Assembly: GCA_040954595.2 (NCBI GenBank)
Contig: CM082596.2
Location: 3,090,656 to 3,154,655, forward strand
Direction of reading: 5' to 3'
Length of the DNA: 64,000 bases
Source: Balanoglossus misakiensis
Lineage: Eukaryota > Animalia > Hemichordata
Both the position numbers and the translations under genes were made by a program. Shown here piece by piece: positions 1-11,344 of this stretch (its first letter is position 1; every line of letters begins with the position of its first letter). The notes below the pieces were generated by a model. That model ran no database searches and was not told the DNA's origin. It was given only the letters and a program-made list of their open reading frames with translations.

Positions 1-97
1 CGACAGTTGAGATAATTGCTTTCATTCACAGCACATTAATCTGCTGATATTATCTCCCATGACAGAATGACGTAAAGCGCAAATGACCGTCTCTCAC

Positions 98-210
98 CTC
101 TGAAGCCTCTTTCTCCAGACGTGGTACGGATCATAGATACACTCTAACAGATGCAGGAGATGTTGGAAGAAAGTCACCAATGGGCTGGAGTCACTAGTTT
201 CCGTGGTGAT
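98..210 (-). CDS. NBEAL1: NBEAL-like coding exon 5
   Basis: ttttcag/ ITTETSDSSPLVTFFQHLLHLLECIYDPYHVWRKRLQ /gtgaga. Confidence 0.85.
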
Positions 211-3200
211 CTGAAAACAAAAAAAATAACAATCATGTTTACATATAGAACAGTGCGACATTGAAGACAAAGCATGTAAATTATATCATGAGAATAAAAA
301 TTAGCTGGAACGAGAAAATGTCATCATTCCAGATTGCCATGGTAGCCAGAACACGTAGCGTAACTTTAAAAACATACCTGTTTGACTGCATTGGTTGCTA
401 TGGCAGTGAGATGACTCACGTGGTCGCAGGAAGCAACAAGTGGGATGTTATCCAGGTTCCTGGAAATGATAAAAAAATATTGTGATCACTTTATCTATCA
501 AAGTGTTGCTTGGGAGACTTCTTGGGTTTTTCATAGAAGGGATCGCAAGGACATCAAAAGTGATCATGTGAACACATTTGCATAAATCTGCATGTTAACT
601 CAACCTATGATACGCGTCGCTTGAGCCATACCCACCTGCAGATTATGATGAGAACCTTGATCAACTGCTCGGCGTACGACAGGCTGTCTAAATTCACATT
701 TTCCTGGCACTGTTCACGGCAATCCAGTAGCTGTACACTGATGACCTGAAGAATGCCGTCGGGCAATCGGCTGATATGTGGGCCATCCTGTTCGTATCTG
801 TCACACACAAGACAAGGAAACAAAGTCAATCATTGATAACCAAGTTATATTGCTTACATCTTATCTACACATGTATAGCAGAAATTCATGGTGTTGTTCC
901 CAAGGACATACATGGTATTGTTCCCAAGAGTTCCTTCAGTAATCATGGACTCCTGGAGGGACAATTAACTCCCTCCAATGATGATCCCATGGGAACCAAG
1001 TCCCACCAATTATTATTCCCACAAAAGAGATTACATGGACATCCCATGTTTATCCTGCTCGGATAATTAAAAGTCCATGCAATGCCAAGGTAATCCTACT
1101 GAAGGATTATGCTAGACATTGAAACAAGCACAAGCTAAAATGTTTACGACTACTGAATTGTCTCAGTGTCATTTTTCCAATGAGACTTCGACACCTACTG
1201 GGAATAGAGAAGTCGTATCATGCATGACTAGACTTGCTGACAGGGGCATGCAGTTGTACACATTGTATGCTAAATCCCTGTCATGAAGACACACAGATTC
1301 AGTATCAAAGAATGCGAAATCTGGCCTTTCTATTGCAGGTACTTCCCACCATTGTTTTTAATCATTGTTCCGTGTTAAAGCACAAAGACTAACTGCTTGG
1401 ATCTAAGGTCCTCAAGAAGGTTCACTGACTTCAACTACTGCAAGAAGCTATCTTTAGCTCAGTACACGAGTAGCATGTGACTACTGGGTGAAAGTAGCGT
1501 AACTTGAGATGATTGCGGCCGGCATGTAAAACCCAGTCTGCTTCCTCATAATTGTCATAATGAAAAGTGACCATCGCAAATTTAATCCCCTATGGAATCT
1601 ACATCAGAATAAGATTCCCACAATAATTTACATAATTTTTCATATAATGCCTAGCTGGTTCATCTGATACTGTCATAGAAAGGACTGTGAATTTTTAGTA
1701 ATTGTGCGCTTGGGCAGTTCTGAAGAGACGACCGGAAATCCAGCAGCAAAATCTAATTCATAAACAGTGGGTGGCGAGTTGAGAAAAATGTGAACTCTGT
1801 TAGTGTTCATCGCCTCCCCTTTTTCTTTCTAATTAAAGACATTTTCCACATTCCATTTTAGACATTTTTCAGATTTTTAATTTCTTTTTCACAAGAAAAT
1901 ACTTCACAAGATGGTGTCTTGTCACGTATGGTTGTGGGTGGTGCTCACAAGTTAAAATATACAACATTGAATGGGATGACCACTAGTACAACGTCGCTAC
2001 CAATGCATGATAGCAGAGAAATTGACAAAGAAATGAATATTTCAGCTCATTAGTTTGTACTGGCATCTTGATGCTTCACACAAAGTATTGATTCAGATTA
2101 TCATTGATTCTGACACATGTGTGCCGGTCTGTACTCTGTTTTGATGTATTACATTGTATGCAGGTAATTGACATGACCTCTGCCAACTAAACTCAATTTT
2201 AATTTTGCATGTGACTTGACTAAGGTACTGAAATAATTTGATACACAAGACAGGCCAGTCACTGAAACCTCACACTTAATATCATGGCACATGAGGCTGA
2301 CATGCACTGGTACCGTGTGGCTCAAATTACCACTGAAACAAAACCTGTGCTAGCAGCTGCTCCATAAAACAGGAAACGGTAGTCTAAAACATGCCTATTT
2401 ATTACAACATATGCTGCCACTACATTATACATAAATTACAAATTAACAGTAAGTCACCTCTATCCAATAATTCCATTCATTTGCATCAACAATGGATAAA
2501 ACAATGGATAATTTGAATCAACAATAAATGATGCCAACTCTCTGAATGGGATTACTAGTATCAGAGATAAGTAAGCTTTTTCAAATGTAGAACAAAAGTT
2601 ACGGTTTCACATTACAGATATTTTTAATAGTACGTCATATTAAAGGCCCCCATAAAAGAATGGTTTCCGGCCATGGGTTTTTTTTAAAATCAGAAACCAG
2701 TCTATTTTTGGCCTAATGGATTTATGAATATGACATCATTTCTCAATCCCTTTGCAATCAAACCACATCCACCTTGCAAATGACCAGTATTTATCTTCTC
2801 AACTAGTCTATGTGTGCGTTGTTATGTCATGTTCTAAAAATGTATTCAAGTCTGGACTTGAATGCATTTGTCAACAATAACAATGGACAGTACACAGTTT
2901 GTTGACTCACTGAAAGCTGGCCATTTTGGGATAGGAGGAAAACAAGAATATAGCTGATACATAAAAGAAAAAATACTGAAAATTGTGAAAAACTAACAAG
3001 AAGTTACAGATGGTCGCCCCTTTCTGTTCTGTTTAAATTACTATATCAGAAATGTCCACTTACCCTTCTTGCAAATACTTGTGCGTCAAATCGATCAGAT
3101 TGTCTTGGTTTTGAATGAACTGCTTGATATACAACTTCCAATATTGTATGTCATGCTGTAGAAACGAACAAAGCAAACATTACAATGTGTCTGTGCCCTG

Positions 3201-4121
3201 GAGGGAAAAAGACTGGTTTTCAGGCAAATTCTCTATCCCTTCGACTTGTTTCCTCGCAGGATTATGATTGTGTATATGCCTTATATGTTTCTGCAAAAGT
3301 AATGGGAAACCATCATTACTTTTGCACGTATTATTATACATTTTTTGTATGTTTGTGATATTTTCTATGAAATTAAGTGTTTGTGAATGTGATACAGATT
3401 TATATTAATGTATCTTTACACATTTCCCTGATTAAAGTTTTCCCGATTAAAGTAAATCAGAATCGAATTAGTCACTACATGTACCTTGAAAATATCAAGA
3501 TCACTTTACAATACATTGTAACATTTAATTTGCACAGACCGTGCACTGATTGGAGCATCTCTGTTATTAAAATTTGTTTATTGACACTGATTTTGTTTAC
3601 TTATTGAGTTGCCTAGTCTCCTGTAATATGGAGCTCCCAATCCGCTGATTATTTTTTTATTCTGGTAGTTTATAGGATCACCGGACAATCTGTCACAACA
3701 TAAACAATAATGCCTAAAATTAAACTATGATGTCACACCCACACCCGGTTTACAAAATTGTGGTCTCATACTCTCATCATGGCAGCGTGAGTACCAGCCT
3801 ACCAGGTCCAGACTGATGCCGTCACCGGGCAAACCTTTGCGGGCAGCGGGTAAGCTTCATTCCAATACAAAATTCATCGTGTAAAAACCAGTCTTGCTTT
3901 ATTAGGCGTTTGCGTTACCCAAAGAACCAATGACCTTGCTCACTGACGGTCGATCAACGTGGACGTCCGTCTATATCAACATTCCACAACGTTAAACAAC
4001 GCCCCTTTTCCGTGACGATTGAATCGGTCTCCCGGTATGACTATCGGAAAATACCCGACGAAATACGCACCTTGGTTGAGTAAAGTAGCCATAGTTGGTA
4101 CAACTGCTCTTCGGATGCCAT
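98..4121 (-). CDS. NBEAL1: Neurobeachin-like (NBEAL1/NBEAL2 family) gene, 5' part only; continues beyond left edge
   Basis: Exons 4071-4121, 3064-3155, 636-797, 378-459, 98-210 splice in frame (GT-AG) to MASEEQLYQLWLLYSTK/HDIQYWKLYIKQF.../YEQDGPHISRLPDGILQVISVQLL...KVLIIICR/NLDNIPLVASC.../...LECIYDPYHVWRKRL, colinear with the remembered human NBEAL1 N-terminus (MASRERLFELWMLYCTK...LLPDNILQV...IILCRNL...ESLYDPYRNWRHR). NBEAL1 vs NBEAL2 not resolvable. Confidence 0.9.
378..459 (-). CDS. NBEAL1: NBEAL-like coding exon 4
   Basis: tttccag/ NLDNIPLVASCDHVSHLTAIATNAVKQ /gtatgt. Confidence 0.85.
636..797 (-). CDS. NBEAL1: NBEAL-like coding exon 3
   Basis: YEQDGPHISRLPDGILQV...KVLIIICR; 162 nt, phase 2-2. 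Confidence 0.88.
3064..3155 (-). CDS. NBEAL1: NBEAL-like coding exon 2
   Basis: ttctacag/ HDIQYWKLYIKQFIQNQDNLIDLTHKYLQE /gtaagt; 92 nt. Confidence 0.85.
3292..3326. mobile_element. Small mariner-type (MADE1-like) MITE remnant / hairpin in NBEAL intron 1
   Basis: Perfect 13-bp inverted arms TGCAAAAGTAATG...CATTACTTTTGCA with 9-nt spacer; resembles the remembered Hsmar1/MADE1 TIR core GTGCAAAAGTAAT. Confidence 0.45.
4071..4121 (-). CDS. NBEAL1: NBEAL-like coding exon 1
   Basis: ATG at 4121; MASEEQLYQLWLLYSTK; donor AAG/gtgcgt. Confidence 0.85.
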
Positions 4122-4666
4122 TATTGTGACCGAATGCGAAACAAGGAAGGTTGGAAAGCGCACGGGAGGTCAACAAGTTGATCTCTCCATCCCAATATTA
4201 ACTGTGTGCGCTGCCATGTTGGATTTTTCCCATGATGCCCCATTAAGGGAAGTCTCGTGAGTTTTTGCTGCGAGACCTGGAAGAGGAAGAGAGCTGAAAG
4301 TTGAAATAAGCATAGAGGTCGCGTATATGTTCATTGCAATCGCCTCGTAAGGGAAGGGTATGAGTCATTCGGTGTGTATTTCATGATCGCGGGTCATATC
4401 AGGAGAGAGGAACCACGCACACAACATAAGGATCTGGACGTGTGAAAATGGGGTAAACAAAACGATTATTACGTCGCTGTTGAGTGTTGACACCTTTCAT
4501 TGCACAATTAGCATTTGTTGTTCAGGCTGTCCCACGGAACTCCTTTGAAACTTTGATCGTCGGTGACACACTAGATTTGACACGAGATATATTTCGCGTC
4601 TTGCACGATCGCAGCCAATATCCAGATTGATGAATTCGACGACACCTTTGTACAGGTGAGAAGGGG
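4122..4666. promoter_or_regulatory. Bidirectional promoter / 5'UTR region shared by NBEAL-like and SOCS7-like
   Basis: Divergent start codons 545 bp apart; CpG-rich; Staf/ZNF143-like site TTCCCATGATGCCCCA (4227-4242) and YY1-like AACATGGCAG on minus strand (4211-4220). Confidence 0.7.
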
Positions 4667-6098
4667 ATGCCGTCTGTTTCGAACATGGCCAACTTCTCAA
4701 AGGGAGAGCCCGAACGATCGGGCTTCTTTGGGAAAATGAAGCGAAAGTTTACGAAATCTAAGCAGCGCCCGAATCGCGACAGCACTGACGGCCACTGCAT
4801 CATCGCACAGAAGAGCGAATGTCGTGATGTGGACAGTGAAAGCGGGGCTGTGGTAAATGGCCGTACTTTGCACCAGAACGGCGGCGCCGAATTTGCCGGC
4901 TTCTCGAGCCCAAATGGCAGCGCCTGTAGCTCTTCGCCCGATGATGTGGCAAGCGATTACGTAGATATACCCGAGCTGCTCCATTCTCGGTACCAGCAGC
5001 AAGGTGCTCGGCCGAAATCTACAGGGGCCGCCGACAACGTCGCCGCACCGCTGCCAAACTCTGTGAACGACATGTCACCATCATCATCATCATCTTCATC
5101 AGTATCGGCTGCTGCTGTAAATCACAAATCACCTTGGAACGATGCCCCGGATGGTGACTGTTTAGATGCGATAAACGAGGTACATATGAACCAGTCCCTG
5201 ACAATGGAAGAGATAGAAATGATAGATGCAGACGGTGGTGAGGATGAGCCAGAAACGACTGACAGCAAAGAATCACTTGAACCTCTTATAGTTCAGATGT
5301 CGGCGGATCTGCCGAACGACAGAAGAGTATTTGTGAGCAAAAGTGGGAAGTCTGCCGGCGAGGAAACGCGGGAATCCATCCCGGAGAATGGGCAGATTGT
5401 AGACGTTTGCACGGATGAAGGATTAAGCAAAATCATGCAAGGGAGTGTGGATGTCAATCAGAACAAGGACAGTCCGGATCAAGATCTTCCTTGTGTTGAT
5501 GACACAGGGACGCACCAAGTTGAGGAACCTGTCTGTGAAAAAGCAACAGATGAAAATATATCAGATCCTGCAGACAATACAAGCAGTGTAGTAGACAAGG
5601 AAAAGACTGGGTCTGGTGGAAAGTCAGTTCGGCCAAAATGCCCAACTAGACCACTCTCCTTGAATCTGAACCTTGAGTTCCCACCTCCCATACCACCCAG
5701 GAGCCCCCTCACTAAGACATTCTCACTGGCAGAGCCCGACACACGGTCACCTTCAGACACATCTGTCCTGGAGGATGGCTCGTCTAGTCACGTGTTCATT
5801 CCATCAGGGGGAATCTTCGCGAAAGGCAAATCCAAGTCTCTTCCACGGTCGCCCGTATCGCTGTCACCTAGCAGTCCCGTTGACAAGTCAAAGAAAAGCA
5901 AATCCAATCGGTTCTCCTGGTTTATGAAAGGAAAGGGGAGCAGGGACAGGCACTCGGTGCATGTGACAATGATGGCCAATCGCACCTTGCCCGATATTCC
6001 TGATGAGGAAGGGTCACCATCATCAAGACACCGATCATATCACCCAGCATATCCAAACAACTCCAGAGATCCATTGCCCAATAGCCAAGAATCACCAG
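4667..6098 (+). CDS. SOCS7: SOCS7-like exon 1 (Ser/Pro-rich N-terminal region)
   Basis: Long ORF from ATG 4667 to donor CAG/gtatgt; start codon is the first in-frame ATG, not independently confirmed. Confidence 0.85.
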
Positions 6099-9000
6099 GT
6101 ATGTATGGGTATCAACCAACTATACACTCACACACATATGCAGAACCGCATGATACTGTACTGTGCTGTATTATACTGTGCTGTATTGCACTATGGTGTG
6201 CTGTACTTAGTGACAGCCTACCATATGGATTACAGAATCTTGGCTGCAGTATAATACAGAACAGAATATATATACTGTTTAAACAGTGTGACAACATATT
6301 ACTGCATATGTAATGTGTAATGTAGATTACACAGACTGTTGTCACTGAAATGAAACTAGTGTTTGTCTGGTATCATTTGGCAATCATGCGACTCTGAGCC
6401 AAACAATTGGGGAACAGCCCCATCATGACCTCGCTTTGCATACATGTACCTTGGCTAATCAACAACTGTCTCAGGGTTGTAACTTTTATCATCACTGGGG
6501 CATTATTGTACTGAAAATTGAAGGGGGACATTTTGCTCGGCAATCTATTAAATGTTGACTCATGAAGCTGTCATCTGAAATTACATGACCTTTTACAGTA
6601 ATAGAGGTTATCTCCATAATATCCTGTCAATTGATGTCTGTGCACGTGTATGTAAATCATCTGTATGTGACCCAGTCTTATGATTTATTGGTGATCGAGA
6701 AGGTCAGGCCAACTCTGTCAGAGTGTCGGTCTCAAAGTCAAAGGACTGGGTCTTTTTATACTGGGAGGCTTTTTAAAGCACTGTTTTTATTGTTAAATGG
6801 CCAGCAGGACAAATGAGGTCGTGCCAGGTCAAGGTTGACTCTGTCTGTTTTTGTGAGAAAAGTCCTGTGCTCTGTTTGGAGTGGAAGCAGTTATGGACTA
6901 TATGAGATATTTCCTGTCATTTCTCTGGTTTATTGCTGCGATAGCTTCGACTTCCCAGAACGTACATAAGACGTACATTACAGTTTCCTGGTTCAAGCCA
7001 AAGAAGACTCTAGTGAAATTGCCCATCTTATGGATCACTTAACGTGAAATCATTCATCGACACATTGACTTTGCCTGTATTTATAGGACCTTGTTAGTGT
7101 TACATGTAAGCTGAGCGTGATGTTGTGGTCACTTTGTTAACCCATCAGCTAAAATTAGACCACACTTCATGGGACTGTGTAATCCGATTCACATGGCTGA
7201 CTCTCAAAGGTCACCCGAGGTCACATGCCAGTTTACTCAGCCAACACCCTGCAGTTCTTTTATAACCAGTGAAAACATCCAGTGTTTGTCTTGCTATGTA
7301 AAACTAAAATTCTCCCCAAAGCAATTTGTGTCGTCAGTGACCTACTAAAATCCCCACTTTCATGAAACAGTTAAATTAAACTCACCAACTTTAAAAATGA
7401 TCTATTCTAAACCTGTCAGTTTCAAAATAGAAACATTACAGAAGTCTAAAATAGCAAACAGTCCACTTAGGCTGTTTACTTTCAGCATTCCTGTACTGTT
7501 AATAATTTGGCTGAAAATGTTCCCTTTGACAGTGTAGAAGTTTATTAGATAAATGTAATGTTAATGTACCCGCTTGTCAATTTTAAGATAAATCTACACT
7601 TTGTTTATGGAAATAAATAAAAATTAGATTAAAGAGACAAAACTTCCGTATCACGGCCCCATATAAATGTAAAGGGTAACTCTCAATGCTTTTTAAAAAC
7701 TTGCATGCCTTGTACGTTCTTGAGACAATTTTCAAAGCACATGGTGCACGCATGTATCATGTCGACATCTCACTGACAACTCTATTCACTATCTTTTTGC
7801 AGGTCCAAGATCTCCAAAGAGTCCTGATGATCGGAAGGGTGATGATAATGATATGGATCTTGGCAAGTTCACATCAAGCTTGAGGAAGCTAGCAGAGGTA
7901 ATGTCATTTTTATCTGTCAATTACCGGTGCTTGTTTGTGCGGACGCAGAGGTACAGAACAAAAAAAATTATCGCATCTTGGCAATCAACCCCGGTACAAT
8001 AGTACAAAGTGCATTCTCTGTCACCAATGTATGGAAACCATCACTTCCTCTTCAGCATATTCATGTGTTGTACTCTGTATGTGACAGGATGTTGTTCAAT
8101 TAATTATAGGGTGAACTCATGACATTGAGCTATAGCAGATCTTTCAAACAGATGTTGTCTTGTTTAGGATGTGCGTGTGTGAGTGTGTGTATTTACATGG
8201 TCTATTTTAAAAACAGAAAGTCATTTTTCACTAAGCTCCAGATAATCATCTACAAACAAGTACTGAACAGGTCAGTAACCACTCGCTCCCAGATAGTGTT
8301 AAAAGTATCAGTCATTGACCGAGAAACAGAGATTCCAAGCTCAACTTATGATTGGTTCTTCCTGTGTGGACATTCGAAACTGACAGTAGAGAATTTCTGT
8401 GATTTCATTTCAGTGTGGATGGTACTGGGGTCCCATGAATTGGGATGATGCAGAAGCCAAGCTGGCCGATGCCCCGGATGGTGCTTTCCTCGTTCGCGAC
8501 AGCTCCAACGATCGCTACATACTCAGTCTGAGCTTCAGATCACAAGGTACAACTCACCACACCAGAATAGAACACTCACAAGGTAAGATGTCAGATTGCC
8601 ACCACCTACTGCTCTGTATCCCAGTCATTTTTCTCAAACTCTGGCGTTTTTGAGTGTTAACCTTTGCACCCTCACCCCCTTGGTGACCTTTCGGGGAGGA
8701 ATCCTACTCATAATCACAGTTTCTGGTGTCGCCGATCGAAAACATGTCCACACCTTTCCAGGTAACTTCAAGGTCACAATGAATTAACCAGGAAATGGGG
8801 TGAGGAGGTCAAACAAAGTCTGATGTTTGAGTTCATGAATTTCTGTTGTTGTTGCCAGAGATTGTTTTTTTGTTGGGAGGCTGACAAAAGTAGACATTTC
8901 CTGTCCTCCAGGGTGACAGCTAAGGACCTACTCCATGGCTTCTGTTTACACAGGAAATGTTGCATAATCATTGAGTAATGACTGCTTCTTGTGTAAACAC

Positions 9001-9459
9001 TACTTTGTATGTGATTTATGGTACAGGGACAGTTAAGCAGTCTGAGTTAGGAACTCAAATTTATTCATTTTAATTCATATTTTTATTCTGACAGGAATGT
9101 TTGGATTCTGGTCACAGCCGCAGTCTCACGGCAGCTCCTCGATCGTGGAATTCATCGAGAAAGCCATGCAGCACTCCAAAAACGGGAAATTCCTGTACTT
9201 CCTCCGACCCCGCTATCCTGGTGCCCCTCCGATACCCGTACAGCTGACCCAACCCATCTCCCGATTCAAGAGAGTCCAAACTCTCCAGCACATGTGCCGC
9301 TTCCTGATCAGAAAGCTGGTGCGACTGGATCACATTCAGACTCTACCACTTCCACGGAGGGTGAAAGAGTACCTGTTGGAGGGGCAGTACTACACGCCTG
9401 AGGATGTCAGACCCGTGGAGGACGGGGACAGTGGTGATGATGACGAACGTGAATTTTAA
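4667..9459 (+). CDS. SOCS7: Suppressor of cytokine signaling 7-like (long disordered N-terminus, SH2 domain, SOCS box), ~686 aa
   Basis: Exons 4667-6098, 7803-7897, 8414-8582, 9095-9459 (2061 nt, phases 1,0,1). SH2 CGWYWGPMNWDDAEAKL...FLVRDSS.DRYILSLSFRSQG.THHTRIEH and HSKNGKFLYFLR...PVQL..PISRF..VQTLQHMCRFLIR.LVR.DHI..LPLP closely match remembered human SOCS7. Confidence 0.95.
7803..7897 (+). CDS. SOCS7: SOCS7-like exon 2
   Basis: tttttgcag/ GPRSPKSPDDRKGDDNDMDLGKFTSSLRKLAE /gtaatg; F.SSLR.L matches the extended-SH2 helix. Confidence 0.88.
8414..8582 (+). CDS. SOCS7: SOCS7-like exon 3 (SH2 N-half)
   Basis: tttcag/ CGWYWGPMNW...FLVRDSS...TRIEHSQ /gtaaga. Confidence 0.95.
9095..9459 (+). CDS. 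SOCS7: SOCS7-like exon 4 (SH2 C-half and SOCS box)
   Basis: ctgacag/ GMFGFWSQP...TLQHMCRFLIR...LPLPRRVKEYL...EREF-TAA. Confidence 0.95.
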
Positions 9460-11243
9460 TTAAAAAATGACGCGCATTTACATTGATGCTATCACTCATC
9501 TTGGTAGTAAATAATATTGAATTTTTAGAGACACAATTTCAAGATTTGTCTGCCATATCAGAGATGTTGATATCTTTCAACGGACGTTTGGTTATTCCAC
9601 AGAGTTCAAAACTCACTTCATGCAACTTTTTTTGACTCAGCCTTTATCAAAAACACAACAACAGTTTTGATTAGGATTTAGTATTATCCTACATTTAAAT
9701 GTTACGAGATAAGTCTAGAAGCTAGTGTTAGAATAAAAGAAAGTATTTTCTCAGTCTGGCATGCAATGTCAGCAACAGAGTGCCTTGGTTGTGTTCATTT
9801 CAAACTGAAACTTATTACCTACTTAAAACTTGAACACTTCAGTTAATGTCTATCAAGATATTTGCATAACAAGAATCTATAGGTATAATAATATATGCAG
9901 CTAAATATTGGTGTGTGAAAGACATTGGTATTTATGGTATAGTGTACTTACATGTATAAAGAGGACATTGTTGTACGTTGTGTATATTTTGGTGTATTCT
10001 GAATGTGAATAATTTTTGTCCATCATCATTGTATACATTATCAGCCAGTAAGATGTCATGTCTGTGTGCAGGTCACACATGCATCCACACTGTGAGAAAA
10101 AGATCTTTGCTCCAGATCATTTTAGAATCAAGAAGTAACATTAATTACTCATTTTGATATTGTTCTTCATAAAAAGTTGAATTCTTGATATTGATTATTT
10201 CATAAATGAGGAACTCTGTTTTGTTATTCCATAGATTGGAAATAACTTCAGTGTAACTGTCTTCTCACATGATTCATATACAATATGTATGATTTCTTGA
10301 TAACTTTATTATCGACATACCATTAACATTGACAAACTGGAGAAGGGTGCATTTATGAAAAAGAACAAATAACAATATTAACTCTCAGATTCATTCTTTT
10401 TTTGTAAGTATGAGGACATTTCTGGAAATCCATGTCTATTATAGATACATCTGATTAAAAGGGTCTCACTGTTGCCACTTTTACCGCTCTGTAATAAATA
10501 ATTATCAAACTAATGCTATGATATGTGTTCTTTATGTACTGCTCACAACTGCAGACTGGCAAAATGTCCGTGGGATATTCTGATCTTGTAGAGCGCCTCC
10601 AACAGCCCAACTGTTTGTTCAAAGATCACATCTTCCAACTGATGGGACTGATAAAAGGTTTTATTTCAAACTAAAGTTACAGGTCAAGATTATTAAATTT
10701 TCATAATGCTCAATACACAGCCTCAACCTCCTCTGAAATTTTAGTTGCCTGGCAACCATGGAAGACAGTGAATTATTCACAACTTTTATCCCAAAATCTG
10801 TCCACTATTTTCCCACAACAACGGCAAGCAAGACATTTGACATTATCGTAGTGCACTTCCTGGACTTCTATTATTTTTGAAAAAGTGTCCCCAGCATTGC
10901 CATCTCTCCAGGTATTAAAAACATATACCAGTACATGATGTGCTTGGCGGACCTCGTCTGTGAAAATGCAAACAAACATCACCCATTGACAGGTACAAAA
11001 CAGGCAGCTCTCTCTGTCTCTGAGATCTAGAGTGTGACATATTGCAATTATAGTTTTATTCCCCAAATTTACCTTCATTTATTACAACCCAAAGGGAAAA
11101 AACGCAAAGAATTTATGACTCTAGAGGGCAGACTACACTTCCGCAGATCACCCATGCATTACCAGAGCAGAAAAAAATCCTTCACCGTGATTTCAGTGAA
11201 AAGTAAGATTTTTTTACCATTCTGTGCAGGAGTTGAGAGACTT
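9460..11243. terminator. Convergent 3'UTR region with candidate poly(A) signals for SOCS7-like (+) and GMPPA (-)
   Basis: AATAAA on plus at 9732-9737 and 10493-10498; on minus at 11055-11060 and 10660-10665. Used sites unknown. Confidence 0.4.
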
Positions 11244-11344
11244 TTACAAGATTATTTGGTTCTTGTAGCCTTGGGTAAGACTTTTATCAGGCAGTACGAC
11301 AGAGTTGAGTACAATGACTTCAGCTGGGATGTTTACATTGCATC
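11244..11344 (-). CDS. GMPPA: GMPPA exon 11 (terminal)
   Basis: [36 protein letters not shown]. Confidence 0.93.

Noticed and set aside
6099-6313. Cys-rich hydrophobic tail of the 548-aa ORF (CCIILCCIALWC)
   Set aside because: Read-through past the consensus donor at 6098 into a degenerate (CTGTA/CTGTG) repeat; the spliced form restores the SH2 domain and SOCS box.
9916-9936. miR-71-like TGAAAGACATTGGTA
   Set aside because: 3' half diverges and no hairpin partner is visible; lies in the AT-rich SOCS7 3'UTR.
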